A DNA stretch of 64,000 nucleotides from an uncultured Actinomycetota bacterium (GTDB lineage: Bacteria; Actinomycetota; Actinomycetes; JACCUZ01). Under the pieces are notes generated by a model. That model did not search any database. It was not told the origin of the DNA and worked only from the letters and a program-made list of their open reading frames with translations. Location of the stretch: assembly GCA_963746465.1 (NCBI GenBank), contig CAVVAY010000013.1:188934-252933 (forward strand), written 5' to 3'. Both the position numbers and the translations under genes were made by a program. Of this stretch, positions 1 through 14,572 are shown piece by piece; the first letter of the stretch is position 1, and each line of letters starts with the position of its first letter.

Positions 1-717
1 GGTCTACGAGCGACCTGCCGTTCGAGCGGCTGCGCACCGACCTCGACACGGTCTTCGCGGCCGGCCGCAGCGTCAGCGTCTTCACGACCTGGGCCACCGA
101 CGCCGTCGACCAGGTCTGGGTGAAGCGCGGGGCCGACGACCCGCGTCCGGACCTCGGCGCAGCGTGGCTGGGCGCGCGGGCCGCGACCAGCCCACGTCAC
201 CCGGTCCCGGGGATGTCGCCGGCGAGCTGCACCGAGCAGCTCGGCGTGCCCGGGCCGTGGCACCAGCGGCTGCCGCACTTCCGGCTGGACCACACGCCGA
301 GCAGCGGGATCGGAGCTGCAGACCGAGTACCTCGTCCCGCGCGAGCACGCCGTGGAGGCGCTGGACGCGATCGCTGCGATCCGCGACAGGTGGCGCCGGC
401 GCTGCAGGTCGGCGAGCTGCGCACGGTCGCCGCGGACGACCTGTGGCTCAGCCCGGCGTACCGGACCGATGTCCTCGGCGCTGCACTTCACCTGGGTCGA
501 CGACGTCGACGCCGTCCGGCCGGTCGTGGCTGCCCTCGAGGCCCGGCTGCACGGCCTGCGGGCCCGCCCGCACTGGGGCAAGGTCTTCGGCACCGACCCG
601 GACGAGGTCCGGGGGCTCTACCCGCGGCTGGCGGACTTCGCGGCGCTGCGCCGCGAGCTGGACCCGGGCAACGTGTTCGGCAACGAGATGGTCGACCGCT
701 ACCTCGGGACCGACTGA
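1..717 (+). CDS. FAD-dependent alditol/xylitol oxidase-like protein (ALO/AldO family), 5' truncated, frameshifted
   Basis: Stitched frames give SVSVFTTW..QVWVKR, CTEQLGVPGPWHQRLPHFRLDHTPSSG, ELQTEYLVP, ELRTVAADDLWLSPAY, LHFTW and RPHWGKVF..DPGNVFGN. Indels near 310, 388 and 478. Confidence 0.8.
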
Positions 718-1046
718 CGCATCCGCCAGGCGTCGGTGACCAGCTCCTTCAGGCGCGCGGCGCCGACCTCGGCCAGCCGCACCATCACCAGTGGCCAGCC
801 GTCGTAGCCCGGCGCGGTGAAGAACACCTCGGGCTCGCCCAGCAGGAGGGCCTGCTTCTCGGCCTCGTCGCCGACGAACAGCACCGCGACGTCGGTGCGG
901 ATGAGCCGTCGCTGGCCGGGCCGGCGCTCCGGGTAGGACCAGACGAACCCCTTGCCGGCCACCCGGAAGTCGAACCCCTCGCTCTCGATCTCCTCCACGT
1001 CAGGCAGGGCCAGGGCCAGCCGACGTACGTCATCGGCGTCAGCCAT
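699..1046 (-). CDS. MmcQ/YjbR family protein
   Basis: DVRRLALALPDVEE..FRVAGKGF..FFTAPGYDGWPLVMVRL..ELVTDAW pattern. Confidence 0.8.
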   Translation of the reverse strand: MADADDVRRLALALPDVEEIESEGFDFRVAGKGFVWSYPERRPGQRRLIRTDVAVLFVGDEAEKQALLLGEPEVFFTAPGYDGWPLVMVRLAEVGAARLKELVTDAWRMRQSVPR

Positions 1047-1560
1047 CGCCGGTCGCCCCGGAGCCGAGCGGGCGTTCGTACCACCGGACGTCCCACCACC
1101 GGCCGAGCTTGCGGCCGGCCTCCGACCAGGTGCCGACCAGCCGGTAGCCCAGGTGCCGGTGCAGCGCCTCGGAGGCGTCGTTGGGGACCGCGACGAGCGC
1201 GAACGCCCGGTGCAGGTCCTCGTCGGCGAGGACCTCGAGCAACGCCGACCCGAGCAGGCTGCCGAGACCGCGACCGGTTGCGTTCGGGTCGAGGTACACC
1301 GACGTCTCGACCGACCGCGCGTACGCCGGGCGCGGCCGCAGCGGCCCGCTGGACGACCAGCCGAGCAGCCGGCCGGACTCCTCCGCGACCAGCAACCGGT
1401 GCGGACCGGTCGCTGCGTGCTGCTCCAACCAGCCGCGCCGCGCGCCCAGACTCTGCTCCTCCACGTCGAAGGTGGCGCCGCTGGTACGGACGTAGTGGTT
1501 GTAGATGCGGGTCAGCTCGGGCAGGTCGGCCGGCCGCCCGGTGCGCACCACCGGTGCCAC
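1039..1560 (-). CDS. GNAT N-acetyltransferase (phosphinothricin/methionine-sulfoximine acetyltransferase-like)
   Basis: IYNHYV..ATFD, RPAY..SVETSVYL, GRGLGS, PNDASEALH..LGY, GRKLGRWWDV motifs. Confidence 0.85.
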   Translation of the reverse strand: MAPVVRTGRPADLPELTRIYNHYVRTSGATFDVEEQSLGARRGWLEQHAATGPHRLLVAEESGRLLGWSSSGPLRPRPAYARSVETSVYLDPNATGRGLGSLLGSALLEVLADEDLHRAFALVAVPNDASEALHRHLGYRLVGTWSEAGRKLGRWWDVRWYERPLGSGATGDG

Positions 1561-1600
1561 CGCTAGAACACCTCGAGGATGGGGTTGACGGCGACGATCG

Positions 1601-1987
1601 TCACTCGGCGAGCTCCTCGGCGGTCAGGGCACGCAGGACGCACAGCTCGTTGCCGTCCGGGTCGGCGAGCACCACCCAGGACACGTCAGAGCCCTGGCCG
1701 ACCGAGACCTGCCTCGCCCCCAGGCCCTCCAGCCGGGCCACCTCGGCGGCCTGGTCGTCCGGGCGCAGGTCGATGTGCAGCCGGTTCTTGGTGGCCTTCT
1801 CCTCGGGCACCCGCAGGAACAGCAGATCGGGTGAGACGCCGTCCTCCGGGCTGCCCTCGGGCGGCTCCAGGACGACCTCGTCGGCGGTGTCGTAGGTGCG
1901 CCGCCAGCCCAGGGCCGCCTCCCAGAACGGCGCGAGGCGCGCGGGATCGGTGGTGTCGATGCAGACGCACTGCCAGCGGAGGCTCAT
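1601..1987 (-). CDS. VOC/glyoxalase family protein
   Basis: CIDTTDPARLAPFWEAALGW, VPEEKATKNRLHIDL, WVVLADPDGNELCV. ATG at 1987. Confidence 0.85.
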   Translation of the reverse strand: MSLRWQCVCIDTTDPARLAPFWEAALGWRRTYDTADEVVLEPPEGSPEDGVSPDLLFLRVPEEKATKNRLHIDLRPDDQAAEVARLEGLGARQVSVGQGSDVSWVVLADPDGNELCVLRALTAEELAE

Positions 1988-2049
1988 GGTCCGACCCAAC
2001 CGGAGACCACCGACGATGTCGAACAGGTTCCGCCCTCGCCGGCCGGCTG

Positions 2050-2604
2050 TCAGCGCCTCCCGTAGAGGAAGCGGCGGAACAACCTGGTGATGCGCGGCAT
2101 GACCAGCCAGGTCATCAGGCCGGTCAGGGTGCCCGAGAACACCAGGGTCCGGGCGACCAGCGGCCAGTCCGACAGCAGCGGCAGGACGGTGAGGTTCATC
2201 AGCAGCACCAGCGGGACGATGGCCGTGAGGGTGACGAGGAACATCTTCCAGCGCGGCGGGGCCGGGGCTGTGCGACCGGGCAGCGAGAACCACGTCTCCA
2301 GCCCGGAGACCCGCTCGACGCCGGTCTCCTGGACCAGGTCGTCGGCCTTGTGCAGCCACGCCGCGCGCTCGGGCGAGCTCTCCCAGCGCTCCAGCGACTG
2401 TGGGTCGGCGAACCGGTAGACCACGTGCCAGTCCTGGTCGACGGTGTGCGGCCGCAGCACCCCGGAGCCGAGGAAGCCCGGAAAGCGGCAGGCAGCGCCG
2501 ATGATGCCGTCGTACCACTGCTCGAACTCGCGCTCCCTGCCGACGGCGACGCGCCGCGCCACCGTGACGGTGACCGGTTCAGCGGTGCGGGACAGCAGGC
2601 TCAT
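2050..2604 (-). CDS. Antibiotic biosynthesis monooxygenase (ABM) domain membrane protein
   Basis: [43 protein letters not shown] followed by two hydrophobic helices. Confidence 0.8.
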   Translation of the reverse strand: MSLLSRTAEPVTVTVARRVAVGREREFEQWYDGIIGAACRFPGFLGSGVLRPHTVDQDWHVVYRFADPQSLERWESSPERAAWLHKADDLVQETGVERVSGLETWFSLPGRTAPAPPRWKMFLVTLTAIVPLVLLMNLTVLPLLSDWPLVARTLVFSGTLTGLMTWLVMPRITRLFRRFLYGRR

Positions 2605-2668
2605 CTCCTCTCCCAAGCGTCCGGCCCGGGTGCATCATCCCGCCGGCAGCGGAGACGATGGTCACACC

Positions 2669-3506
2669 ATGCCCGAGGGAGACACCGTCTGGCTTGCCGG
2701 CCGCCGTCTGCACGACGCGCTCGCCGGCCGGCCGCTGACGCGCTCCGACTTCCGGGTGCCGCAGCTCGCCACGGCCGACCTGGCCGGCCGCACCGTCACC
2801 GAGGTCGTGAGCCGCGGCAAGCACCTGCTGTTCCGGCTCGACGGGACGGCTGACGACCTCTGACCCTGCACACCCACTTCCGGATGGACGGGAGCTGGCA
2901 CCTCTACCGGCCCGGCGAGCGCCGGCGCGGCGGGCCGGACTGGCAGGTGCGGGTGCTCCTGGAGAACGCCGACTGGCAGGCGGTGGGCTACCGGCTGCCC
3001 GGTGGTCGAGCTGATCGCCGCGCGACCGCGAGGCCGAGGCCGTCGGGCACCTGGGCCCGGACCTGCTCGGCCCGGACTGGGACCCGGCCGAGGCGGTCCG
3101 CCGGCTGGCCGCCGACCCGGACCGCGAGGTCGGCCAGGCGCTGCTCGACCAGCGCAACCTGGCCGGCATCGGCAACCTCTACAAGACCGAGGTCTGCTTC
3201 CTGCCGGGCTTCTCGCCCTGGACACCGGTGCGCGAGGTGCGACCTGGACGCGGTCGTCGACGCGCTCGCACCGACTGCTGGACGTGAACAAGGAGCACGC
3301 GTGGCAGAGCACCACCGGCATCCAGCGCCGCGGGCAGGACCACTGGGTCTTCGAGCGGCAGGGCCGGCCGTGCCTGCGCTGCGGCACCACGATCGTCAGT
3401 GCGCACCAGGGCGCCGCGCCCTACCAGCGGATCTCCTACTGGTGCCCGCGCGTGCCAGCCGGGGCCGTCCCCCGAGACCACGAACGCCCGTCCACACCCC
3501 CGTTGA
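2669..3506 (+). CDS. nei: Fpg/Nei family DNA glycosylase (endonuclease VIII-like), frameshifted
   Basis: N-terminal [39 protein letters not shown] (H2TH), zinc finger PCLRCG..YWCPRCQ. Several indels between 2860 and 3450. Confidence 0.85.
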
Positions 3507-3523
3507 CGTGGGGTGGACGGGCG
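3485..3523. terminator. GC-rich hairpin between convergent nei and clgR (putative bidirectional terminator)
   Basis: Perfect 11-bp inverted repeat CGCCCGTCCAC / GTGGACGGGCG. Confidence 0.55.
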
Positions 3524-3557
3524 GTCGTTGGGCAGGTCGTACCCCGCAGGGCCCCCG

Positions 3558-3854
3558 CTATGCGGCGACGTTGGTGACGTGCAGCGTGGTCGGCGCGGCG
3601 GCCGGCACCTCGGGCAGCGTCTCGGCCAGCGCCAGGTTGTCGCTCACCTCGCGCAGCACCTCGGAGAGCGGGACGTCCAACGCCTCGCAGATGGAGCCCA
3701 GCAGCTCGGAGGACGCTTCCTTCTGGCCACGCTCGACCTCGGAGAGGTAGCCGAGGGACACCCGGGCGGCGCCGGAGACCTCGCGCAGGGTGCGGCCCTG
3801 GTCGCGGCGGCGCTCGCGAAGGACGTCGCCGAGCAGGCGGCGGAGCAGGATCAT
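3558..3854 (-). CDS. clgR: XRE-family HTH transcriptional regulator ClgR
   Basis: [45 protein letters not shown]; conserved position after cinA. Confidence 0.85.
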   Translation of the reverse strand: MILLRRLLGDVLRERRRDQGRTLREVSGAARVSLGYLSEVERGQKEASSELLGSICEALDVPLSEVLREVSDNLALAETLPEVPAAAPTTLHVTNVAA

Positions 3855-3945
3855 CCGGACGCCTCCCTCTCTGCGGTGCGCGATCATCCCGGCGTGTCTC
3901 CACCGTATCCGGTGCGGCACGGTGCGTCCGAGTGTAACGCTGTAA

Positions 3946-4470
3946 TCATCCCGCCGTCGTTCCCGCCGTGGCCAGCGCGTCCCGCAGCAGCGCCAGCGCG
4001 GCCGCACCGTCGCCGCGCCGCACCGCGGCCCGGTCGCCGGGAAGGTCCAGCCGCTCGGAGCGGCCGCCGCCCGGGCCGGCGACCGCCAGGTGCGACCTCC
4101 CCGGGCGGCCGGCCGTCCTGCGGGTCCGGTCCGGCCACCCCGGTCGTCGCCAGCCCCTAGGTCGCACCGAGCCGGTCGCGGACACCGGCGGCCATCGCAG
4201 CGGCGACCTCGCGGGTCCACCGCGCCCGCGCGCGCCAAGCAGCTCGGGGTCCACGCCCGAGCAGTGCCGCCTTGAGGTCGGTGGCGTAGGCGACGACGCC
4301 GCCGCGGAAGGTCGTCGAGGCGCCGGGCACGCCGGTCAGCGCGGCGCCGAGCGCTCCGCCGGTGAGCGACTCGGCGACGGCCACCGTCTCGCCGCGGGCC
4401 AGCAGCAGCGCGTGCACCTCGCCGGCGAGCGGTCCACAGTTCCCGGCGACGTCACCGTGACCGCCGACAT
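3946..4470 (-). CDS. cinA: CinA C-terminal / NMN deamidase family protein, frameshifted
   Basis: [51 protein letters not shown] across frames. Confidence 0.8.
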
Positions 4471-4480
4471 CCGCGTGCGC

Positions 4481-5101
4481 TCACGGCCGCTCGGCGCGCC
4501 GGGCCCGCTTGAGCACGGTGCGCTGGGAGGTCCGGCGCAGGCGTACGGCGCGCTGCCACGTAGTCGACACCGGTCACGACGGTCACCACGACGGCGACGT
4601 ACATGATGAGCAGCGCCACGTCGTCCAGGACGCCACCCAGCGGCAGGATGAGCAGGCCGATCGCCGAGCGACTGCAGCAGCGTCTTCACCTTGCCGCCAC
4701 GACTGGCCGGCATCACCCCGTGCCTGATCACGTACAGGCGCAGCAGGGTGATGCCCGACCTCCCGCACCAGGACGAGCACCGTGACCCACCACGGCAGCT
4801 CGTCGAGCAGCGACAGCCCGATCAGCGCGGCACCGATCAGCGCCTTGTCCGCGATCGGGTCAGCGATCTTGCCGAAGTCGGTGACCAGCCCGCGCTTGCG
4901 GGCGATCTCACCGTCGACCCGGTCGGTCACCGAGGCCACGGCGAACGCGACGAAGGCCAGCACCCGCCACGCGTCGTCCTCCCCGTCGTCGTGGAACAGC
5001 GTGACGAGGAAGACCGGCACCAGCACCATGCGCAGCACGGTCAGGGCGTTGGCGATGTTCCACGCGCTGGCCTGCGGCGACGACGTCTCCGGCAACGTCA
5101 C
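4481..5101 (-). CDS. pgsA: CDP-diacylglycerol--glycerol-3-phosphate 3-phosphatidyltransferase, frameshifted
   Basis: [40 protein letters not shown] (CDP-alcohol motif), [10 protein letters not shown] in a shifted frame. Confidence 0.9.
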
Positions 5102-6523
5102 CTCGCCACCAGGTCAGCGCCCTCGCTCGCCACCACGGTCGCGCGGAACGATCTGCCCGACCGTCAGGTCCGCCACCGCCGAGCAACGTGGTGCTGCCGT
5201 CGACCTCGGGGCCCTGGTGCGCAGCCCGGCCCTCGGCGGTGCCGGCGCCCGGGTCGACCTCCTCGACGAGCACGTCGACGGTCTCGCCGACTCGTTCCTC
5301 GGCGCGTTGCGCGACCAGCTCCTCGGCCAGCCGGGTGATGCGCTCGACCCGATCGTGCACGACGTCCTCGGCGCAGCTTGCCGGTCAGGGTGGCCGCCTC
5401 GGTGCCGTCCTCGTCGGAGTAGCCGAACACGCCCACGACGTCGAGCCGGGCCCCGACCAGGAAGCGCTCGAGCTCGGCGAGGTCGTCCTCGGTCTCGCCG
5501 GGGAAGCCGACGATGACGTTGGACCGGATGCCCGCGGCGGGTGCCGCCGTCGCGGACGGCGGCGACGAGGTCGAGGAACCGATCGGTGTCGCCGAACCGG
5601 CGCATCCGGCGCAGCACCGGGCCGCTCGCGTGCTGGAAGGAGAGGTCGAAGTACGGCAGCACGCCGGGGGTGGTCGCCATCGCCTCGATCAGGCCGGGGC
5701 GCATCTCGGCGGGCTGCAGGTAGCTCACCCGGACCCGGTCGACGCCGTCGATCGCGGCCAGGTCGGGCAGCAGCGACTCGAGCAGCCGCAGGTCGCCGAG
5801 GTCCTTGCCGTACGACGTGGAGTTCTCGCTCACCAGCACGATCTCGCGCACGCCTTGCCCGGCCAGCCAGGCAGCCTCGGCAAGCACCTCGTGCGGCCGC
5901 CGGGACACGAACGAGCCCCGGAAGGTGGGGATCGCGCAGAAGGTGCACCGCCGGTCGCAGCCGGAGGCGAGCTTCAGGGCGGCGGTCGGCCCGTCGCCGA
6001 GCCGCATCCGCAGCGGCTGCGGCCCGGAGGCGGGAGCCACCCCGGCCGGCAGGTCGGGTCGGGCGGGGACCGGTGCCGCCCGGTCGGCGGGGGCCAGCGG
6101 CAGCAGCCGGCGCCGGTCGCGCGGCACGTGCGGCACGTGCGCGGTGCCGTCCAGGATGCTGCCGAGCCGGGCCGAGATGTCGGCGTAGTCGTCGAACCCG
6201 AGCACCGCGTCGGCCTCCGGGAGCGCGGCCGCGAGCTGCTCGCCGTACCTCTCGGCGAGGCAGCCGACCGCCACGACCGCCTGGGTGCGTCCGCCGCCCT
6301 TGAGGTCGGCCGCGGCGAGCAGGGTGTCGACCGAGTCCTTCTTCGCCGCCTCGACGAACCCGCAGGTGTTCACGACCGCGACGTCGGCGTCAGCCGCCTC
6401 GGGCACCAGCAGCCAGCCGTCGGCGGCGAGCCGGCCGGCGAGCTCCTCGGAGTCGACCTCGTTGCGGCCGCAGCCGAGGGTGACCAGCGCGACACGCCGG
6501 CCCGTCGGGGCGGTGGGGGGCAT
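5098..6523 (-). CDS. rimO: Ribosomal protein S12 methylthiotransferase RimO (radical SAM), frameshifted near 3' end
   Basis: [36 protein letters not shown] (CxxxCxxC), [12 protein letters not shown] region. Indels between 5160 and 5545. Confidence 0.92.
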
Positions 6524-6563
6524 TGCGCCAGCCTAACGGCGGTCCGGACCCGCACCCGACGCG

Positions 6564-7319
6564 TCAGCCGGCGGCGGGGTCCTCGGGGGTGAACTGCACC
6601 CGGGCGACCTGGCCGCTGTCGCCCGGTGGGCCGATCTCGGTGCCGTTGACGACGAGGGTGACGCCACCGGCGTTGCCGATCACCAGCCGGAGCCGGGTCT
6701 TGTCGGTGAAGCTCTGCTGGGCACCCGCCTGCAGCAGCCCCTGGAACAGCTCCTGCCCGGTGGCGGTGGTGACCTGCACCCAGCTGCGGTCGGTGGCGTG
6801 CACCTCGACGGTCACCTTGCCGCGCGGCGCCTGCGCCACTGCGCTGCTGCCGCCGCCGGACGGGCTGGCCGAGGCGCTGGGCGACGCGGTGACCGGCGCG
6901 CTGCTGCTGGTGCCGGTGCCGGCCTGGTCGGAGCCGTCCTTGTCGGCGCCGGCGAACGCCTGCACCACGCCGTAGACCAGCACCAGCGCGAGCGCGGCAC
7001 CCATCGCGGCGCTCCAGTTCGGGCCGCGGCGCTCGGCCCGGGCCGAGGTCTCGGACTCGAAGACCTCGGTCGCGCGCGGCGGGGCCGAGTCCGGCCGGCC
7101 GGCGTCGAACTCCGCCAGCAGCGGCGCCGGGTCGAGCCCGACCGCGGCGGCGACGTTGCGCAGGTGGCCACGGGCGTAGAAGTCGCCGCCGCACGCCGAG
7201 AAGTCGTCGTTCTCCATGCCCAGGATCAGGGTGCGACGGATCCGGGTCGCTGCCGCGACCTCCTCGAGAGACAGCCCGGCAGACTCCCTCGCCTCGGCGA
7301 GGGTGGTGCCGATGGACAA
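6564..7319 (-). CDS. rodZ: RodZ-like HTH membrane protein with C-terminal DUF4115
   Basis: N-terminal HTH (SLEEVAAATRIR..GGDFYARGH), one TM helix, SWVQV..IGNAGGV..VNG. Sits between ftsK and rimO. Confidence 0.8.
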   Translation of the reverse strand: MSIGTTLAEARESAGLSLEEVAAATRIRRTLILGMENDDFSACGGDFYARGHLRNVAAAVGLDPAPLLAEFDAGRPDSAPPRATEVFESETSARAERRGPNWSAAMGAALALVLVYGVVQAFAGADKDGSDQAGTGTSSSAPVTASPSASASPSGGGSSAVAQAPRGKVTVEVHATDRSWVQVTTATGQELFQGLLQAGAQQSFTDKTRLRLVIGNAGGVTLVVNGTEIGPPGDSGQVARVQFTPEDPAAG

Positions 7320-7442
7320 CGTGCGCTCCTCCCGTGGTGACGCCTCAGTCTAGGGATCACCCTCACTGTCGGCCAGCCGAGGACCCACCCTGAGTGATCA
7401 CGTTGCTGCAACAGGATGAACCCGGGCGGCTCGCGGCTCCTG

Positions 7443-9908
7443 CTACTCGCCGCGCAGCGTGAACAGGACGCCGTCCAGCTCGTCCGGCTGGACCAGGACG
7501 TCGCGTGCTTTGGAGCCCTCGGAGGGTCCGACGATGCCGCGGCTCTCCATCAGGTCCATCAGCCGGCCCGCCTTGGCGAAACCCACCCGCAGCTTGCGCT
7601 GCAGCATCGAGGTCGACCCGAACTGCGTGGTGACGACGAGCTCGGCCGCCTGGCAGAGCAGGTCGAGGTCGTCGCCGACCTCCTCGTCGACCTCGCGCCG
7701 GCTGGCCTGCGGTGCGGTGACGTCGTCGCGGTAGGTCGGCTGCAGCTGTGCCTTGCAGTGCTCCACCACGGCCAGGACCTCGGGCTCGGTGACCCAGGCC
7801 CCCTGCATCCGCATCGCCTTGCTGGCGCCCATCGGCAGGAACAGCCCGTCACCCTGTCCGACCAGCTTCTCGGCGCCCGGCTGGTCGAGGATGACCCGGC
7901 TGTCGGCCAGGCTCGAGGTCGCGAACGCGAGCCGGGACGGCACGTTGGCCTTGATCAGGCCGGTGACGACGTCGACCGACGGACGCTGGGTCGCGAGCAC
8001 CAGGTGGATGCCGGCCGCCCGGGCGAGCTGGGTGATGCGGACGATGGAGTCCTCGACGTCCCGCGGCGCGACCATCATCAGGTCGGCCAGCTCGTCCACC
8101 ACGACCAGCAGGTAGGGGTAGGGCGCGAGCACCCGCTCGCTGCCCGGCGGCGGTGTCACCTTGCCGGCCTTGACGGCCTTGTTGAAGTCGTCGACGTGCC
8201 GGAAGCCGAAGGCGGCGAGGTCGTCGTAGCGCAGGTCCATCTCGCGCACGACCCACTGCAGCGCCTCGGCCGCCTTCTTCGGGTTGGTGATGATCGGCGT
8301 GATGAGGTGCGGCACGCCCTCGTAGTGCGTGAGCTCGACCCGCTTCGGGTCGACCAGGACCATCCGCACCTCGTCCGGCGTCGCCCGGAGCAGCAGCGAG
8401 GTGATCATCGAGTTGACGAAGCTGGACTTTCCCGAGCCGGTGGCGCCGGCGACCAGCAGGTGCGGCATCTTGGCGAGGTTCGCGACCACGAAGCCGCCCT
8501 CGACGTCCTTGCCGAGGGCGACCAGCATCGGGTGGTGGTCGTTGCGGGCCACCGGCGAGCGCATGACGTCGCCGAGGCTCACGACCTCCTTGTCGACGTT
8601 GGGGATCTCGATGCCGATCGCCGACTTGCCGGGGATCGGCGACAGGATGCGGACGTCGGCGCTCGCGACGGCGTACGCGATGTTCTTGCTCAGGGCGGTG
8701 ACCCGCTCGACCTTGACTGCCGTGCCGAGCTCGACCTCGTAGCGGGTGACCGTCGGGCCGCGGGTGTAGCCGGTGACCTGGGCGTCGATGTCGAACTGCT
8801 CGAGCACCTGGGTGAGCGACTCGACCACCGCATCGCTCGCCTTGGAGCGCGCCTTGTGCGGCGAGCCCTCGCGCAGCACGTCGGCCGGCGGCAGCGCGTA
8901 GGTGACGTCGCCGGAGAGCAGCAGCTGCTCGACCCGGGCGGGCATCGGGGAGTGCACCGGCGGCGGCTTCTCCTCCTCGCCCGGCTTCTCCGGCCCGGCA
9001 CCGACCGGGCCGGCCTCGGTACCGCGAGCGACCACCGACTCGTCGTAGGGGATGTCGGCGGGCTCGTCCTCGTTCATCGAGCCCTGGCGGCGGCGCGGCC
9101 GACGGCGCTTCAGCGGCTCCAGCGGGGGCGCAGCCAGGTCGGTGGTCACGCCGTCGCCGTCGGCCCCGTCCGGCTGCTCCTCGGTGGGCCGGTGCATCAG
9201 CCAGGCGAGGACTGCCTTGGCCCGCTCGGGCAGGGCGTGCAGCGGCGTCGAGGTGACCACGAGCAGGCCGAACACCAGCAGCAGCACCAGCAGCGGGACG
9301 GCGACGTACGTCGTGACCGCCGCCACCACCGGGGAGGACACCAGGTAGCCGAGGTAGCCGCCGGCGGCGCGCAGCTCGTCGTGCTGCGACGGGTCGGGCA
9401 GCCCGCGGGCGATGTGCACCAGCCCGAGCACCGCGAGCACGACGGCGCCGAGACCGATGCCGATGCGACCGCCAGACTCGGCGTCCTGCGGGTGCCGGAG
9501 GATGCGCACGCCCAGGCCGAGCAGGACGAGCGGCAGCACGAGGCCGACCCGGCCGAAGGTGCCGGAGACGACGGCGTGCACGACCTGCCCGACGGGGCCC
9601 TGCAGGTCCCACCACTCGACGGCGGCGACCACGGTCGCCAGGCCGATCAGCGCCAGGCCGATGCCGTCGCGCCGGTGGGCCGGGTCCAGCTCGCGGGCGC
9701 TGCTGCCGATCCGTCGGGCCAGAGCCCCGACCAGGTGGGCGATGCCGAGCCACAGCCCCCGCATTGCCCGGACCGGCAGCGGCGGACCGGCCCGTCGCGA
9801 GGTCCGCTTGCGGGCGGCCGGCTTGCGGGCGGCCGGCTTGCGGCTCGCCGGCCTGCGGGCCGCCGGCTTCACGGGGCCGCGCGGGCGGGTGGGCGTACGG
9901 GTGGCCAT
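7443..9908 (-). CDS. ftsK: DNA translocase FtsK
   Basis: N-terminal TM helices, GPTVTRYE, PHLLVAGATGSGKS, ATQRPSVDV, GAEKLVGQGDGLF, gamma domain STSMLQRKLRVGFAKAGRLMD. Confidence 0.97.
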   Translation of the reverse strand: MATRTPTRPRGPVKPAARRPASRKPAARKPAARKRTSRRAGPPLPVRAMRGLWLGIAHLVGALARRIGSSARELDPAHRRDGIGLALIGLATVVAAVEWWDLQGPVGQVVHAVVSGTFGRVGLVLPLVLLGLGVRILRHPQDAESGGRIGIGLGAVVLAVLGLVHIARGLPDPSQHDELRAAGGYLGYLVSSPVVAAVTTYVAVPLLVLLLVFGLLVVTSTPLHALPERAKAVLAWLMHRPTEEQPDGADGDGVTTDLAAPPLEPLKRRRPRRRQGSMNEDEPADIPYDESVVARGTEAGPVGAGPEKPGEEEKPPPVHSPMPARVEQLLLSGDVTYALPPADVLREGSPHKARSKASDAVVESLTQVLEQFDIDAQVTGYTRGPTVTRYEVELGTAVKVERVTALSKNIAYAVASADVRILSPIPGKSAIGIEIPNVDKEVVSLGDVMRSPVARNDHHPMLVALGKDVEGGFVVANLAKMPHLLVAGATGSGKSSFVNSMITSLLLRATPDEVRMVLVDPKRVELTHYEGVPHLITPIITNPKKAAEALQWVVREMDLRYDDLAAFGFRHVDDFNKAVKAGKVTPPPGSERVLAPYPYLLVVVDELADLMMVAPRDVEDSIVRITQLARAAGIHLVLATQRPSVDVVTGLIKANVPSRLAFATSSLADSRVILDQPGAEKLVGQGDGLFLPMGASKAMRMQGAWVTEPEVLAVVEHCKAQLQPTYRDDVTAPQASRREVDEEVGDDLDLLCQAAELVVTTQFGSTSMLQRKLRVGFAKAGRLMDLMESRGIVGPSEGSKARDVLVQPDELDGVLFTLRGE

Positions 9909-10002
9909 GATGGGGAGGCTACCCGTCCGTCACGCCTGCACCACTGGTCACACGGCTACCAGCCTCCCGCGTGTCGCGCCCTTCGCCCGGTCTGTCGGGC
10001 GG

Positions 10003-10599
10003 TCAGGGGGAGCGCAGCGAGTCGACCCGGGCCCGCAGGGCGGCCACCGCCGCGGTGAGCCGTGGCACGTCGAGCTCGCCGTCGAGCTGGCGCTCGACGG
10101 CGTCCAGGTGCCGCGCGACGTCCTCGACGACCTCCGGGTCGCCCAGCCCGGACACCTGGCTGGCCAGCAGCTCGGCCTGGTCGCGCAGCTGCCGGTTCTT
10201 CCGGTAGAGCTCGACGAAGACCGCGACCTTGGCGCGCAGGACCCACGGGTCGAACGGCTTGGACAGGTAGTCGACTGCCCCGGCGGAGTAGCCGCGGAAC
10301 GCGTGCTGCGGCTCGCGGTTGATCGCGGTGAGGAAGATGATCGGGATGTCCCGGGTGCGCTCGCGGCGCTTGATGTGCGCCGCGGTCTCGAAGCCGTCCA
10401 TGCCCGGCATCTGGACGTCGAGCAGGATCACCGCGTAGTCGTCGGCCAGCAGCGCCTTGAGCGCCTCCTCGCCGGAGCCGGCCCGGACCAGGGTCTGGCC
10501 CAGCGAGGACAGGATCGCCTCGAGCGCGAGCAGGTTCTCCGGCCGGTCGTCGACCAGCAGGATCCGAGCCGGCTCGACCTCGCCGATGGGGGGAGGCAC
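10003..10599 (-). CDS. Response regulator receiver with coiled-coil tail (OsaB-like)
   Basis: [52 protein letters not shown]. No DNA-binding domain. TACAGT lies 6 nt upstream of the GTG. Confidence 0.88.
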   Translation of the reverse strand: MPPPIGEVEPARILLVDDRPENLLALEAILSSLGQTLVRAGSGEEALKALLADDYAVILLDVQMPGMDGFETAAHIKRRERTRDIPIIFLTAINREPQHAFRGYSAGAVDYLSKPFDPWVLRAKVAVFVELYRKNRQLRDQAELLASQVSGLGDPEVVEDVARHLDAVERQLDGELDVPRLTAAVAALRARVDSLRSP

Positions 10600-10622
10600 C
10601 GCGCCACTGTAGCCAGCCGCTC

Positions 10623-14567
<3,945 letters not shown>

Positions 14568-14572
14568 CGGTG

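Noticed and set aside
2669-6523. Programmed frameshifting or pseudogenes in nei, cinA, pgsA and rimO
   Set aside because: There are too many scattered indels without slippery motifs, and conserved housekeeping genes are affected, so sequencing error is more likely.
9800-9875. 15-bp repeats encoding KPAAR in the ftsK N-terminus
   Set aside because: Low-complexity basic tails are common in actinobacterial FtsK.
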